64,000 nt of DNA from Octopus sinensis (Eukaryota): the NCBI RefSeq assembly GCF_006345805.1, contig NC_042997.1, positions 32,798,001-32,862,000 of the forward strand, in the 5' to 3' direction. The notes below the pieces were generated by a model. The model worked only from the letters and a program-made list of their open reading frames with translations, ran no database searches and was not told the origin of the DNA. This document shows, piece after piece, positions 24,742 to 37,468 of the stretch; position 1 is the stretch's first letter; the number at the start of each line of letters is the position of its first letter. Position numbers and translations under genes: made by a program.

Positions 24742-25000
24742 TGGCCTCTGTGCCGGTGGCATGTAAAAAGCACCATCCGATCATGGCCGTTTGCCAGCCT
24801 CGTCTGGCACCTGTGCCAGTGGCATGTAAAAAGCACCCACTACACTCTCGGAGTGGTTGGCGTTAGGAAGGGCATCCAGCCGTAGAAACACTGCCAAATC
24901 AGACTGGGCCTGGTGCAGCCTTCTGGCTTCCCAGACCCCTGCTGAACCACCCAACCCATGCTAGCATGGAAAGCGGATGCTAAACGATGATGATGATGAT
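24742..25000 (+). mobile_element. Retroelement S3
   Basis: About 1.5 units plus tail. Confidence 0.85.
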
Positions 25001-25329
25001 ACATAGGTGAAAAGTTACAAGTTTGTAATAGATGATTTCAGTTGAATTATTCTTTACTAGTGGGACCCGTGGAAATTCCACAAAATAGAAAAGATTAAGA
25101 GGACCTATTTAAGAAGGAAAGGATGATAGAATGATCTACATTTTTATAGCATTCATAGTTAGTTGTTGTTGTGGTGATCACTAGCCAATAGAAGTCAAAG
25201 TTCTGGAACTTGTAAGAACATTTACAAGGTGTCTCCAAATTTTTGGTTTACGTGTTTATTATAGTCTTCAGTTTTATAGTTAGAATAAACAGACTTCACA
25301 CATATTTGAAGTACCACTGTGTTTTCTTC

Positions 25330-27110
25330 TTTGGAACTAAACGAAAGAAGTGTATTGAACCACAGACAACACACCTTTCTAAATTATTACTCCGTTCTTT
25401 GCAAGTAAACAAGAGAAATATAGCAAATTGGTATCGCCGATAGGATACCGTCATCATTTTTGTGAAGTGGACTTCTTGCGATAGGATAAGAAAGACTATT
25501 CTTGCAGAGAGAACTTTTTACCTCAACTCTCAGATACACCCAAAGCTTACAAGGAAGGTATCCAAAATGGAGTCTCGAAGCAAGTCTAGTTCCATGAATA
25601 TGAATGGAACACCAATGGCACCGATTTGCAAAGCACATAATCTGGGTACTCTGAAGCCCAAGTTACAGATTTGTGGTGACTACTAAGTTGGCATCAATGA
25701 TCAACTAGAAGAATACCTATTACTTTATTACCCACAAGGGGCTAAACACAGAGAAGACAAACAAGGACAGACGAACGGATTAAGTCGGTTATATCGATCC
25801 CAGTGCGTAACTGGTACTTGATTTATCGACCCCGAAAGGATGAAAGGCAAAGTCGACCTCGGCGGAATTTGAACTCACAATGTAACGACAGACGAAATAC
25901 CGCTAAGCATTTTGCCCGGCGTGCTAACGTTTCTGCCAGCTTGCCGTCAGCTGAAGAATACCGTCAGCCAATGCCACTCCCAGAGGAACTGATGCAGAAG
26001 TTGGGAGGTGGATACAAAGATTGACGTTGCTGATGCCTACAGTCGAATCAAACTGGCACCAGAGAGTCAATAAAGCCTACCCTTCGACACTCACTGTGGA
26101 GTACTCCTACAACAATGACTCCCATTTGGAATCAAATCAGCACCTGGTTATTTCCAAGAGATCATGGAAAATCTGACCAGTGATCTGCCTGGTGTTGCTG
26201 TTTTCCAAAACGATATGCTCGTCATTTGAAAGATGCAAATGACAACTTGAGCAACCCGAGGTATTTGCTCTTTCGGCTAAATAACAAAGGACTCAGATGT
26301 TGCCGTGAAAAGTGCTTGTTCACACAAAACAGTGTGGAATATCTTGGCCACACTTTATCAGCCAAAGGAATTGCAAAGGGATCCAAGGTTGAGGAAGTCA
26401 TGAAGATGCCACCTCATATGCATCTCAAGCTTAAAGTCTTTCTTAGGTTCGGTTCAGTTCTACGGGTAGTTTATCCCAAACCTGGCCACTATGGCTGAGC
26501 CACTTTACTGCTTAACCAAGGCGGCAACTTCTTGGAAGTGGGGAGATGAAGAGCAAAGAGCGTTTAAACAGTTGTAAAGCTTATTATCCTCAGATCAAGT
26601 CCTTGTATATTTCAACTCAGACAAGCCTCTCTCAGACTGGCTTGTGATGCCTCCAATGTCAGAATTGGAGCTGTCTTGTTTCATCACTATCTTGATGGAA
26701 GTGAGTGTCCAATTGCTAATGTATCCAAGACTCACAGGTCTGCAGAAAAAAAACTAGGAGAATCCCTATCCATTATTTTTGGCTCTCGGAAATTCTACCA
26801 GTATCTGTATGGACTTGAGTTCATACTGGAGACTGATTATAAAACACTGATGGCACCTCTTCGAGCTGAAGAAAGGGACACCACTTCTTGCAGCCAACTG
26901 ACTAGCCCAATGGGACTTGTGGATAAACCAGTTACACTACACAATCGAGTACCAGAAAACAGCAGATCATGGCAATGCAGATAGCCGCTTACCATTTGGA
27001 AATGACTTCAACAAGGAGGAAAGTGGTGAAGACATGGACATGGTGTGTCCATGACAGTTCTCAGTCTTCACGTCAAACCTTTAAGACAGAAACATCCTCC
27101 ATCAAGAGTC
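25330..27110 (+). mobile_element. Decayed Ty3/Gypsy pol fragment (RT-RNase H)
   Basis: ICGDY, PMPLPEELMQKLGGG, PFGIKSAPGYFQ, SVEYLGH, ACDAS, KFYQYLYG.EFILETDYKTL; many stops. Confidence 0.92.
25718..25952 (-). mobile_element. SINE S2 nested in the Gypsy RT
   Basis: 10-bp TSD GAAGAATACC at 25708..25717 and 25953..25962. Confidence 0.93.
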
Positions 27111-27184
27111 TGGGAAAGATCCAGTGATAACTACAGTGATGTGTTGTGTCCACAAAGGGTGGTACTTACACTGGTACTTTATCG

Positions 27185-28200
27185 AGCTGGCAGAAACGTT
27201 AGCACACCGGGCGAAATGCTTAGCGGTATTTCGTCTGTTGTTACATTGCGAGTTCAAATTCCGCCGAGGTCGACTTTGCCTTTCATCCTTTCGGGGTCGA
27301 TAAATTAAGTACCAGTTACGCACTGGGAGTTGATGTAATCAGCTTAATACCTATGTCTGTCCTTGTTTGTCCCCTCTATGTTTAGCCCCTTGTGGGTAAT
27401 AAAGAAATAGGTACTTTATCGACCCTAAAAAGATGAAAGGCAAAGTTGACCTCAGTGAAATTTGAACCCAATGTAAAGACAGACGAAATGCCGCTAAGCA
27501 TTTTGCCCAGCATGCTAACGATTCTGCCAGCTTGCTGCCTAATGATAGTTTCAAATTTTGCCACAAGGGTAGCAATTTTGAGGGGAGGGGATGAGCTGAT
27601 TACATTGACTCAAGTTTTCAACAGGTGCTTGTTTTATCGACCCTGAAAGGACGAAAGGCAAAGTCGACCTCAGCAGAATTTGAACTAAGAATGTAATGAT
27701 GGAAGAAATAGCACTAAGCATTTCATCCAGCATGCTAACGATTCTGCCAGCTTGCTGCCTTCTGCCTAATAATAATAATAATCCTTTCTACTATAGGTAC
27801 TAGGCCTGAAATTTTGTAGGATGTAGTTCGTCAATTACATCAACAACAGTGTTTAACTGGTTCTTATTTTATTGACCTTGAAAGGATGAAAAGCTGACTT
27901 CTGCAACATTTGAACTCAGAACATAAAGATAGCTGAATTGTCACCAAGCATTTTGCATGGTGTACTAATGATTCTACCAGCTTCTTGCCATAATAATAAT
28001 AATTTCAAATTTTGGTTCAAGGCCAGCAAGTTCAGGGAGTGGGCTAGTTGAGAACACTGACCCTAATATTTAACTGGTACTTATTTTATAGATCCCAAAA
28101 GGGTGAAAGGTAAAGTGGAATTTGTGGAATTTGAACTCTGGACATAAAAGCAGATGAAATGCCACTAAGCACTCTGCTCAGCATGCTAATGATTCTACCA
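27185..28200. repeat. Cluster of S2-related SINE copies in both orientations
   Basis: One + copy followed by about four - copies sharing the ATCGACCC..AAAGGATGAAAGGCAAAGTCGACC core. Confidence 0.8.
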
Positions 28201-28236
28201 GACCAATACTTGACTAACTTTTTTATATATTCGTCG

Positions 28237-28540
28237 TTTATCGTCGTTTAACGTCCGTTCTCCATGCTAGCATGGGTTGGACGGTTCGACCGGGGTTCTG
28301 GGAAGCCAGAAGGCTGCACCAGGCTCCAGTCTAATTTGGCAATGTTTCTACAGCTGGATGCCCTTCCTAACGCCAACCACTCCGTGAGTGTAGTGGGTGC
28401 TTTTTACGTGCCACCTGCACAGGTGCCAGGCGGGGCTGGCAACGGCCACGGTCAGATTGGTGTATTTTATGTGCCACCGGCACGGAAGCCAGTCGAGGCG
28501 GTGCTGGCATCGGCCACGAGTCGGATAGTGCTTTTTACGT
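28237..28540 (-). mobile_element. Retroelement S3
   Basis: Inverted copy. Confidence 0.82.
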
Positions 28541-29104
28541 ACATTGATAATGAAATGATCAAAAAGCAAAGATGATTTCAGCAGGATCTGAACTCAGAAT
28601 GTAAAGAAAAAGATAAAACGCTGCTAAGCATTTTGCCTGACAAACTAGTGATTCTGATAGATTGCCACCTTAAAAATAGTAGCAACTAGATAATGTCTAA
28701 TAATAAGGATAAAAAAAATTTGGTTGTTTAATACTCAATTCTACAGCTCATTACAGTTCTAGGATTTCCTTTATAGTAAATGAAAAATGACAGTTTTATT
28801 AGAATATCATCTCAAATAATAGAAGCAAAACTTAAGATTTAGATGCATTTTAAAATTTAATCCCAATTATTTCCCTATAAAGTAGTACAGGGGTTACAAA
28901 TGAACAGTTTTTTGTATGACAATTCAAAAATGCATAATCCTTAATTGGCTTTCATCTTTATATTATGTATTAAAGGATAAATCAGATCGGTTGAAATCAG
29001 CTTAACTAAGAATTGAACCAGAGTCAGTTGTTTGGGGAGTTTACAAGCCCATTTCAGTGTTTGCACTTTATATTATCAAAGCTAAAATAATTAAGAATAC
29101 TTAC

Positions 29105-29164
29105 AATTTTTTCCACTAAATCAGTAACAATAAGACCAGCATAATTCTCAACAACCAGCTCACA
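29105..29164 (-). CDS. PSAP: Prosaposin exon D3c (CELVVENYAGLIVTDLVEKI)
   Basis: 60 nt, atttcag/gtaagt. Confidence 0.92.
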
Positions 29165-29461
29165 CTGAAATAAATATTTTAGAAAAAAAAAAACATTCAT
29201 TAGAGTGGTGAAAATAATTTGCATAATTTCATATATTCAGAACAAACATAATAGGGACTTGAGAACAAGAGTGTCTCATAGCTGTAGCTCAAACTGTTTG
29301 AGATAGCCAAAGGTCACATTGGACAACAGAGAGCTGACATGAGGCTAAACAACAAAAATAACCAATGAAAATATCAAGATTAAGAAATAACATTTGCACC
29401 ACAATCTAACAATAAAAGCGATCTCCATTTTTCCTAGACTACATTCAGTTTCCTAGACTAT

Positions 29462-29875
29462 TGGCTGTGTGGTAAGTAGCTTGTCTACCAACCACATGGT
29501 TCGGGGTTCAGTCCCACTGCATGGCACCTTGGGCAAGCAAGTGTCTTCTACTGTAGCCTCGGGCCGACCAAAGCCTTGTGAGTGGATTTGGTAGACGGAA
29601 ACTAAAAGAAGCCCGTCGTATATATGTATATATATATATATATATATATGCGTGTGTGTGTTTGTGTATCTGTGTTTGTCCCCCTAGCATTGCTTGACGA
29701 CCGATGCTGGTGTGTTTATGTCCCCGTTACTTAGCGGTTCGGCAAAAGAGACCGATAGAATAAGTACTGGGCTTACAAAAGAATAAGTCCCGGGGTCGCG
29801 TTGCTCGATTAAAGGCGGTGCTCCAGCATGGCCGCAGTCAAATGACTGAAACAAGTAAAAGAGTAAAAGAGAGAG
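29462..29875 (+). mobile_element. SINE S1
   Basis: Near full-length copy. Confidence 0.9.
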
Positions 29876-30347
29876 TATGATCTGTTGAGGGTGTTTTTTT
29901 CTTCTTTTTTTACTCCTTTTCTTCAATGAGAACAAGTTATAGATTTAATCTCTGCATGTTGTTAGGCCAATATTATTTTTACACATGAATGTTTTATTTT
30001 CTCAATGTCCTTTCAACCCGGACATATGAATTCCATAAGTCAACTATCATACAAACAACAATAAAAGAAATTAGGTCAACAGTCTAGTACCACCACAGCC
30101 ATTGTAGCCTAACAAGCGATGATCTGATTCATGCATGTCCATTATACAGTGGTTTTAATATCCGTTTACAGGTTTCAGTCATTTGACTGTGGCCATGCTG
30201 GAGCACTGCCTGAAAAGGTTTAAGTCAAATAAATCGCCCCACCACCACCACCACCACAGCACTTCTTTGTAAACCTAGTACTTATTCTATTGATTTCTAG
30301 TTGAACCGCTAAGTTACATGGCATAAACAGACACACACACATACATA

Positions 30348-30735
30348 TGGAGTGGCTGTGTGGTAAGTAGCTTGCTTACCAACCACATGGTTCCGGGTTC
30401 AGTCCCACTGCGTGGCACCTTGGGCAAGTGTCTTCTACTATAGCCTTGGGCTGACTAAAGCCTTGTGAGTGGATTTGGTAGACGGAAACTGAAAAGAAGC
30501 CTGTCGTATATATGTATATATATATGTGCGTGTGTGTGTTTGTCCCCCTAGCATTGCTTGACAACCGATGCTGGTGTGTTTATGTCCTCGTTACTTAGCG
30601 GTTCGGCAAAAGAGACCGATAGAATAAGTACTGGGCTTACAAAAGAATAAGTCCCGGGGTCAAGTTGCTCGATTAAAGTCGGTGCTCCAGCATGGCCGCA
30701 GTCAAATGACTGAAACAAGTAAAAGAGTAAAGAGA
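30348..30735 (+). mobile_element. SINE S1, flanked by inverted partial S1 pieces
   Basis: Full copy; minus-strand fragments at about 30170..30345 and 30735..30890. Confidence 0.88.
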
Positions 30736-31073
30736 TATACGATGGACTTCATTCAGTTTCTGTCAACCAAATCCACTCACAAGGCTTTGGTCAGCTCGAG
30801 ACTGTAGTAGAAGACACTTGCTCAAGGTGCCAAGCAACAGAACTGAACCAAGAACCATGTGGTTGGGAAGCAAGCTTCTTACCACACATGAAAATGGAGT
30901 CGGAGGTCCAGTGCTTCAGCTTTATAGTCTCAGTATAGAATTAACGTTTGCAGATAAAAGGGAAAAAAAACAAACAACAAAAAAACAAAAAAAAAAAACA
31001 TGCTCATTCAACAATGTGATGCCATCGTTTGTATGTTTTAAGATCTGTTCTTCCATCTTAGGATGGTTTAAAC

Positions 31074-31469
31074 CAATGATTCTCAAATGGGGTCCATATA
31101 AAATTTTGCGGGGTCCACACAGCAAAATAGTAAATTGGGGATTCACAACAGTATTTTAAGGGCCCTTGAAAAATATATCGCAAGAAAAAACTAGGTTTCT
31201 TTCTCTAACATTTTACGTAGTTCAACCTATACAAACTAATATCATCATCATCATCGTTTAACGTCCGTTTTCCGTGCTAGCACGGGTTGGACGATTCGAC
31301 CGGGATCTGGGAAGCCAGGAGGCTGCACCAGGCTTGAAAAACAAAACAGGAATTTTGAAAGAGGTTTCTATAAAACTAGGTTTTAAACACATTATTGGTT
31401 ACGGGGGTCCATCAGAATAAAATAGTAGTCAAAAAGATCCATAGATAAAAAATGGTTGAGAACCCCTTG
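31074..31469. mobile_element. Possible hAT-like MITE interrupted by a retroelement tail
   Basis: CAATGATTCTCAAA...TTGAGAACCCCTTG imperfect inverted ends. Confidence 0.45.
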
Positions 31470-31794
31470 TTTGCCAGCGGCACGTAAAAAGCACCATCCA
31501 ATCATGGCCGTTTGCCAGCCTCGTCTGGCACCTGTGCAAGTGGCACATAAAAAGCACCCACTACACTCACGGAGTGGTTGGCGTTAGGAAGGGCATCCAG
31601 CTGTAGAAACACTGCCAGATCAGACTGGGCCTGGCACAGCCTTCTGGCTTCCCAGACCCCAGTTGAACCGTCCAACCCATGCTAGCATGGAAAACGGACG
31701 TTAAACGATGATGATGATATCAAGGACATGTTTTTACAGCAAGATGCCTTTCTTGTCATTAACTTATCTGTTTATCAAGTAAGTGTTCACTTCC

Positions 31795-32155
31795 TCTTCT
31801 AACTCCACCCATCTAACACCCGTGGACATATTTACAAAGTCAGAAAACAGCACAGCTCCCATGACTTTAGGAAACATTTTTTCATGCTGAGAGTTGCTGA
31901 AGCATGGAACAAACTGCCAGCATCAGTTGTTAGTTGTCGGAGCACTGCATCCTTCAAAACTTCCATGCTTTCTGAGATTCGCCAACACTACACTTGATTT
32001 TCTCCCCTCTATACACACACAAGCATGTATCTGACTCATACACTGTTTGTTTTCCAGACATTTCTACATTACTGTATATACTTTATGTGCACTTTCTGAC
32101 AAGTTGTGGTGCACCTGAGCACTGTATACAATAATTTCATTATTATTATTATTTT
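31795..32155 (+). mobile_element. CR1 tail
   Basis: Reverse complement of the 19010..19340 segment. Confidence 0.88.
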
Positions 32156-32411
32156 ATTCTTCATGTTTTTGACAGCAATGAACCAGAGGACAATTTCTTG
32201 ACAGGGAGACGACAATTTGTAATAAATGCCACTATCTGTTTCTCAGGGATTTTTTCTTTTTTTTGGTTTGAAAAGTGCAAACATAAACATTTACATACTT
32301 GACATGCTTTATAGTTTCTGCCTTCCAAATTCATTCATAAGACATTAGATGAAATCATACAATGCAAAACAGTAAACTCAAGCTGTTTTAGAAATGAAAG
32401 CACCCACTTAC

Positions 32412-32474
32412 CATTTCTTTATATTCACCAAGGTGGCTACAAACTTCCTTCTTCAAAATGTTTTGCAATTCTTG
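32412..32474 (-). CDS. PSAP: Prosaposin exon D3b (QELQNILKKEVCSHLGEYKEM)
   Basis: 63 nt, ttcacag/gtaagt. Confidence 0.92.
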
Positions 32475-33104
32475 CTGTGAAATATATAGTAAAAACAAAA
32501 TTTCTAAACACAAAATATAAGGATATAATTTACTTCATGAACTATCAACTATATGAATAAGTGTATGTTTAGTATAAATACAAATTAAAATAAAATATTT
32601 CAAAAAATGATACTTTAAATTGTATACTAATATTGCTACAGAATAAAGGTGGCAAGCTTGAAAAATTTTTTTATTACACCATGCAAAATACTTAGCAGTA
32701 ATTTCAACATTCTGAGTTCAAATTCCGCCAAAGTTGATTTTGCTTTTCATCCTTTTGGGGTCAATAAAAATAAGTAGCAGTTGAACACTGAGGTTGATTT
32801 GACTTACACCCTCCTTCAAAATTTGCAAATAATATTGCTACAGAAGTAAGGTGGTAGCCGACACAATAGTAAGTATGCCAGGCAAAATCCTTAGTGAAAT
32901 TTCATCTATGTTCTGAGTTCAAATTCTGCCAAAGTTGACTTTGCATTTCATCCTCTTGGGGTTGATAAAATATCAGTTGAATACTGGTGGGGGTCAATGT
33001 AACCAACCTACCCTCTCCTGATATTGCTGGCCTTGTGCGAAAATTTGAAACTTATATTGCTACAGTAGTACTTTTAAACAGAAAAACAATTTTACATATA
33101 TTCT

Positions 33105-33428
33105 TTTATTTGTTTGTCATTTGACTGTGGCCATGCTGGAACACCGCCTTTAGTCGAGCAAATTGACCCCCAGGACATTATTTGTAAGCCTAGAACTTAT
33201 TCTATCGATCTCTTTTGCCAAACTGCTAAGTTACAGAGACATAAACACACCAGCATCGGTTGTCAAGCGATGTTGGAGAGCCAAGCACAGAAGTGTGTGT
33301 ATGTGTATACACACACACACACACGACAGGCTTATTTCAGACACTTGCCCAAAGTGCCATGCAGTGGGACTGAACCTGGAACCATGTGGTTGGTTAGCAA
33401 GCTACTTACCACACAGCCACTCCTGCAC
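33105..33428 (-). mobile_element. SINE S1 (deleted)
   Basis: Inverted copy lacking part of the middle. Confidence 0.85.
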
Positions 33429-33763
33429 CTCTACAGCCAGATTTATTAGAAAAAACTGAATTCAAGTGAAGGCTAGTGAAAGAATAAATTTATGAAAGTA
33501 TCTGCTGTAGGTGAAAAAAATTTAGTTTAGTTCTAAGACCACATCTGTAAAACTAATATACATGAAGGAATATAGTATAGTTATGAATGCTAGGGAGTCG
33601 CCAGCTGAAAGTGATCAACACCCTTCCTTAAGACTTACTTCAGAAAATTGTGCCATATTTTCTACCAAGATAAAAAAAAAAATTGCAAAGCCATATGTCC
33701 AACTGGAGATGAAAATAAACTAAGAAAAATTAATTTTCAATGACAAGACAAAAATATACTTAC

Positions 33764-33832
33764 TGTAGTTGTATTAGCTGTTAGGTCTTCCTTTATCTTT
33801 TCCAAGAACATTTTGCAATTTTTACATTCATC
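33764..33832 (-). CDS. PSAP: Prosaposin exon D3a (DECKNCKMFLEKIKEDLTANTTT)
   Basis: 69 nt, tttcaag/gtaagt; NTT sequon at the canonical saposin glycosylation position. Confidence 0.93.
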
Positions 33833-33929
33833 CTTGAAAAAGAAGACAAGATAATATGCTCAAACTGATTTTGACATTTTAAGCACACAAAAATCGAAGA
33901 CATATAAGCTTAATTAAAAAACAACCTAC

Positions 33930-34031
33930 CTTCAAATTATTATTGTGCACTATGCTTTCCATCAATTGAGAAATAGCAGCTTCCTTAGACATTGGGCAGA
34001 AAGTCAAAAGACTACAGAGGAACTCTGGTGC
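33930..34031 (-). CDS. PSAP: Prosaposin exon D2d (APEFLCSLLTFCPMSKEAAISQLMESIVHNNNLK)
   Basis: 102 nt, tcaacag/gtaggt; lies inside ORF 33879..34268. Confidence 0.92.
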
Positions 34032-35152
34032 CTGTTGAAAATAGAAATTATAATTGTAAATTTCTACCAATGATTCACAGTAGGAGTTTTTTTTATTTTC
34101 AACGTCTTTTTCTTCATTATGCAACAAATGTCCAACTTTGCATAATCCTCTTATTTGCCACTTTTCTACCAGCATCATTCTGTAAGTAACATTACCATTG
34201 TCAAAGTCACCACATTTGCTGCCCACATCCCTTCCAATTCCACACAATGAAATTACCCCACTAATCACTCTCCATCTGTTCCATTACTACATACTTTTGC
34301 CAAGAGTAAAGACTGATCTCTGCAACAAGATAATTCTTATGGTATCCCTTCCAATATTCTAAAACAATTATGTAGAGTCAGCTCCTGTCCTGGCCAAATT
34401 ATCTTTTTCTCTACAAGGATCTGTTTGAAACTATGAAAACATAATAGCCTGACCCATTCCCCAAAAAGTGAAAAAAGTGTAATATAACTGATTATTAATC
34501 TTTAACCATTTTAATGTGATAAGCAACCGCTTCTTTGATTTCTACAAACAAACAGTATTCAAAAATTCAAACATGCTACAAATGCTAGGCTTCACCTATA
34601 CAACATTGCCAATGCTGTATTCAGAACCAAAAAAATATTTCGTTTCTGATCAGTTGATCTTCTACAAAACTATAAAAAAAAAAAAAAACCATGTATGTAT
34701 GTGCTGTCACACAAACACACACATACCTGAAACTTCATCTAAAAGGTGTTTCAGTGATTCTCATCATTCTTATTGCCATCTTATCTCTAAGCAAACATTT
34801 TGCCCAATCCCAACCCGACAGAATTGCAACTTTCTACAATTCTCTCACACCTTTTTTAAAATTTTTTTTTGAGATGTTAACCTATAAATGTCTTAACTAA
34901 ATACCAATCACATCAATCTCATTAGTCTAAGTCAACCGAAAAAGGACATGCACACTGCCTTTCTTTAATGACTTATGATTTAAAATGTTACATATTGCTG
35001 AAGTTAATTAAGGCAATCAAAGAAATACATGAAATCAAGTTTAATTACAATCCCTAAACAATACCAAAGCTGTAACAGGTACTGAAAACTATTTACTTTC
35101 AAGCCTGTATATAAAGCTAGCTTACTGTTATATGTATATGTGAATACATACC

Positions 35153-35383
35153 TATTTCTTTATTACCCACAAAGGGCTAAACACAGAGGGGACAAACAAG
35201 GACAGACATAGGTATTAAGTCGATTACATCGACCCCAGTGCGTAACTGGTACTTAATTTATCGACCCCGAAAGGATGAAAGGCAAAGTCGACCTCGGCGG
35301 AATCTGAGCTCACAACGTAACGCAGACGAAATACCGCTAAGCATTTCGCCCGGCGTGCTAACGTTTCTGCCAGCTCGCCGCCT
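35153..35383 (-). mobile_element. tRNA-headed SINE family S2 (about 230 bp)
   Basis: GAGTTCAAATTCC-type B-box head; 14-bp TSD TGTGAATACATACC at 35139..35152 and 35384..35397. Confidence 0.93.
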
Positions 35384-36119
35384 TGTGAATACATACCATT
35401 AAGTATACATACATGTGTGTGTATAGCTAGGTGCAGGTGTGGCTGTGGTTAAGAAGTTTGCTCCCCAACCACATCATTTTGGTACAGTTCCACTGCGTGG
35501 CATCTTGGGCAAATGCCTTCTACAATAAGCATCTCCCAAATCCACTCACTAGGCTTTGGTTGATGAAAAGCAAAAGAAGCTCATTGTGTGTGTGTGTGTG
35601 TGTGTGTGTACATGCCATGTTTGTGTAATATATAATAGGAAATGCATCCATTATGTAAACCCTCCTCAGTTAAAACATGAATGTATACATGTGTAAGTAT
35701 GTGTGTTTGTGTCTCCTTGTCTTGACATAGTAAGGTAATTGCGAGTGAGTGTCACTGTCATATATTTCTGTCATGGCTGGTAATGGGGAAATATTACCCT
35801 GCTTGGAGATAAGGGTTGGGTGACAGGAAAGGTCATTGGCCCATAGAAAATATGCCACAAACTCTGTGCAAGCCTTGTAAAACATGTAAAATGGCATACT
35901 AAAATTATGTGTATGTATACTATCAAGTGAACACAATTGGCTTCTTCTCATCCTTGTATTACTCTTATTGCATATCCTTCTTAATCAACATCCCCTTTTC
36001 TCACTCATCTGTCTATCACCTACATCTCACTCCTCAAGCACTGTCTCCACAACAGCATTATGCTGCCTGTATGACTAAGCATGGTAGTGGCTCTCCTTTT
36101 TTCACCATATTGGCTTCCT

Positions 36120-36637
36120 GTCTAAGGACGTTACTGTATCTAATGACATGCATAAGATCTGGTCATCAAATCTAAGTAGAGACTTCAAACTTGAAATCTT
36201 CAAAGCCACAGTCGAACCAATTCTACTATATGGCTCAGAAACCTGGACGTTATCAAAGAAGCTTGAGAGGTGGTTGGATGGAACCTACACTCGCCTCCTT
36301 ATGAAAGCTCAAAATCTCTCGTGGAGGCGCCATCCAACCAAAATGCAAATATATGGGAAACTACCACCTGTGTCATCTCTTGTGAAAGGTAGGAGAGTCC
36401 AGTTTGCTGGACATTGTTGTAGAGCTGAAAAAGAAGTAATTTCTACTCTTCTCCTCTGGAAGCCATCTACTCGCAATACCAGAGGGCGCACACTCTCCTA
36501 CCCTGATGTAATCTCCAGGGATACAGGCATCCAGCAACAGGACCTCCATAATGCCATGATGGACCGTGAAGTCTGGCGTAGCATGGTAAATTCCATTGTC
36601 TCAACCACGGTTGAACAATGATGATGATGATGATGAT
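36120..36637 (+). mobile_element. RTE-type LINE 3' end
   Basis: ORF FKATVEPILLYGSETWTLSKK...RVQFAGHC; (GAT)n tail. Confidence 0.93.
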
Positions 36638-37080
36638 CTACCTGACCCTCTCATAAATCCTTCATGAGATGACAAATGTTGAACAGCACTATACAGTTAG
36701 TTTGCAAATGGATTTCAAGGACTCTTCTATGTTAGGTAAATCTAGCTGACACACTTAGCTTAATACACTCAGACAGACTGTGAGGGCAAAAACTTTTCGA
36801 AATCATCTTTGATAAAACTTATTCTTGATCTTTGGTAAATTGTCCAAAACATTTGCATTGGTGCATTTTGTTATATATCCTTTGCTAATAACCATGATAA
36901 TTTCTATCAACACAAAACTACATAATTTGAGAGAAGTGTACTTGGCAGCAGAGGGAAGAAAGGAAATGAAAAGCAGTATCTGAACACAGAATGTAAGTAA
37001 ATTAAGAAAGGTATTTTGTCTAACAATTAAGTGAATCTATCACCCATCATTGATTGATAAATAAATAAAATAATACTTAC

Positions 37081-37140
37081 AATATACATACTGAGCTGTT
37101 GCATGATAAGAGGAACATAATCACCGACATATTCCTTGCA
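37081..37140 (-). CDS. PSAP: Prosaposin exon D2c (CKEYVGDYVPLIMQQLSMYI)
   Basis: 60 nt, ttttcag/gtaagt. Confidence 0.93.
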
Positions 37141-37336
37141 CTGAAAAATGAGATAAGGGTATGAATGTATTGCAAAAGACATTTGATAGGAAGCCTAAAT
37201 TTAACTGGTGACAGAAATGGTTTACTTCTAAATCCAACATTAGGGATAAAATATAAATGGTAAGTAAAATTTATTATGCTATAAATGCAAGTAGTTTATT
37301 ACTACATAATTTACAATAGAAAGCAAGAATACTTAC

Positions 37337-37399
37337 AATCCCTTCAAAAGGTCCAAGATAAGGACAAACTTCCTTATCAAATGCGTTCTCAATGTTGTG
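37337..37399 (-). CDS. PSAP: Prosaposin exon D2b (HNIENAFDKEVCPYLGPFEGI)
   Basis: 63 nt, cttgtag/gtaagt. Confidence 0.92.
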
Positions 37400-37468
37400 C
37401 TACAAGAAATAAAAGTTAAAGTTAAGAATACAATGGTAAATATATCAAGAGTCTAAGAGAAACATACA

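Noticed and set aside
34194-34280. Extra Cys-containing exon (SLCGIGRDVGSKCGDF)
   Set aside because: Does not fit saposin spacing, and D2 is complete without it
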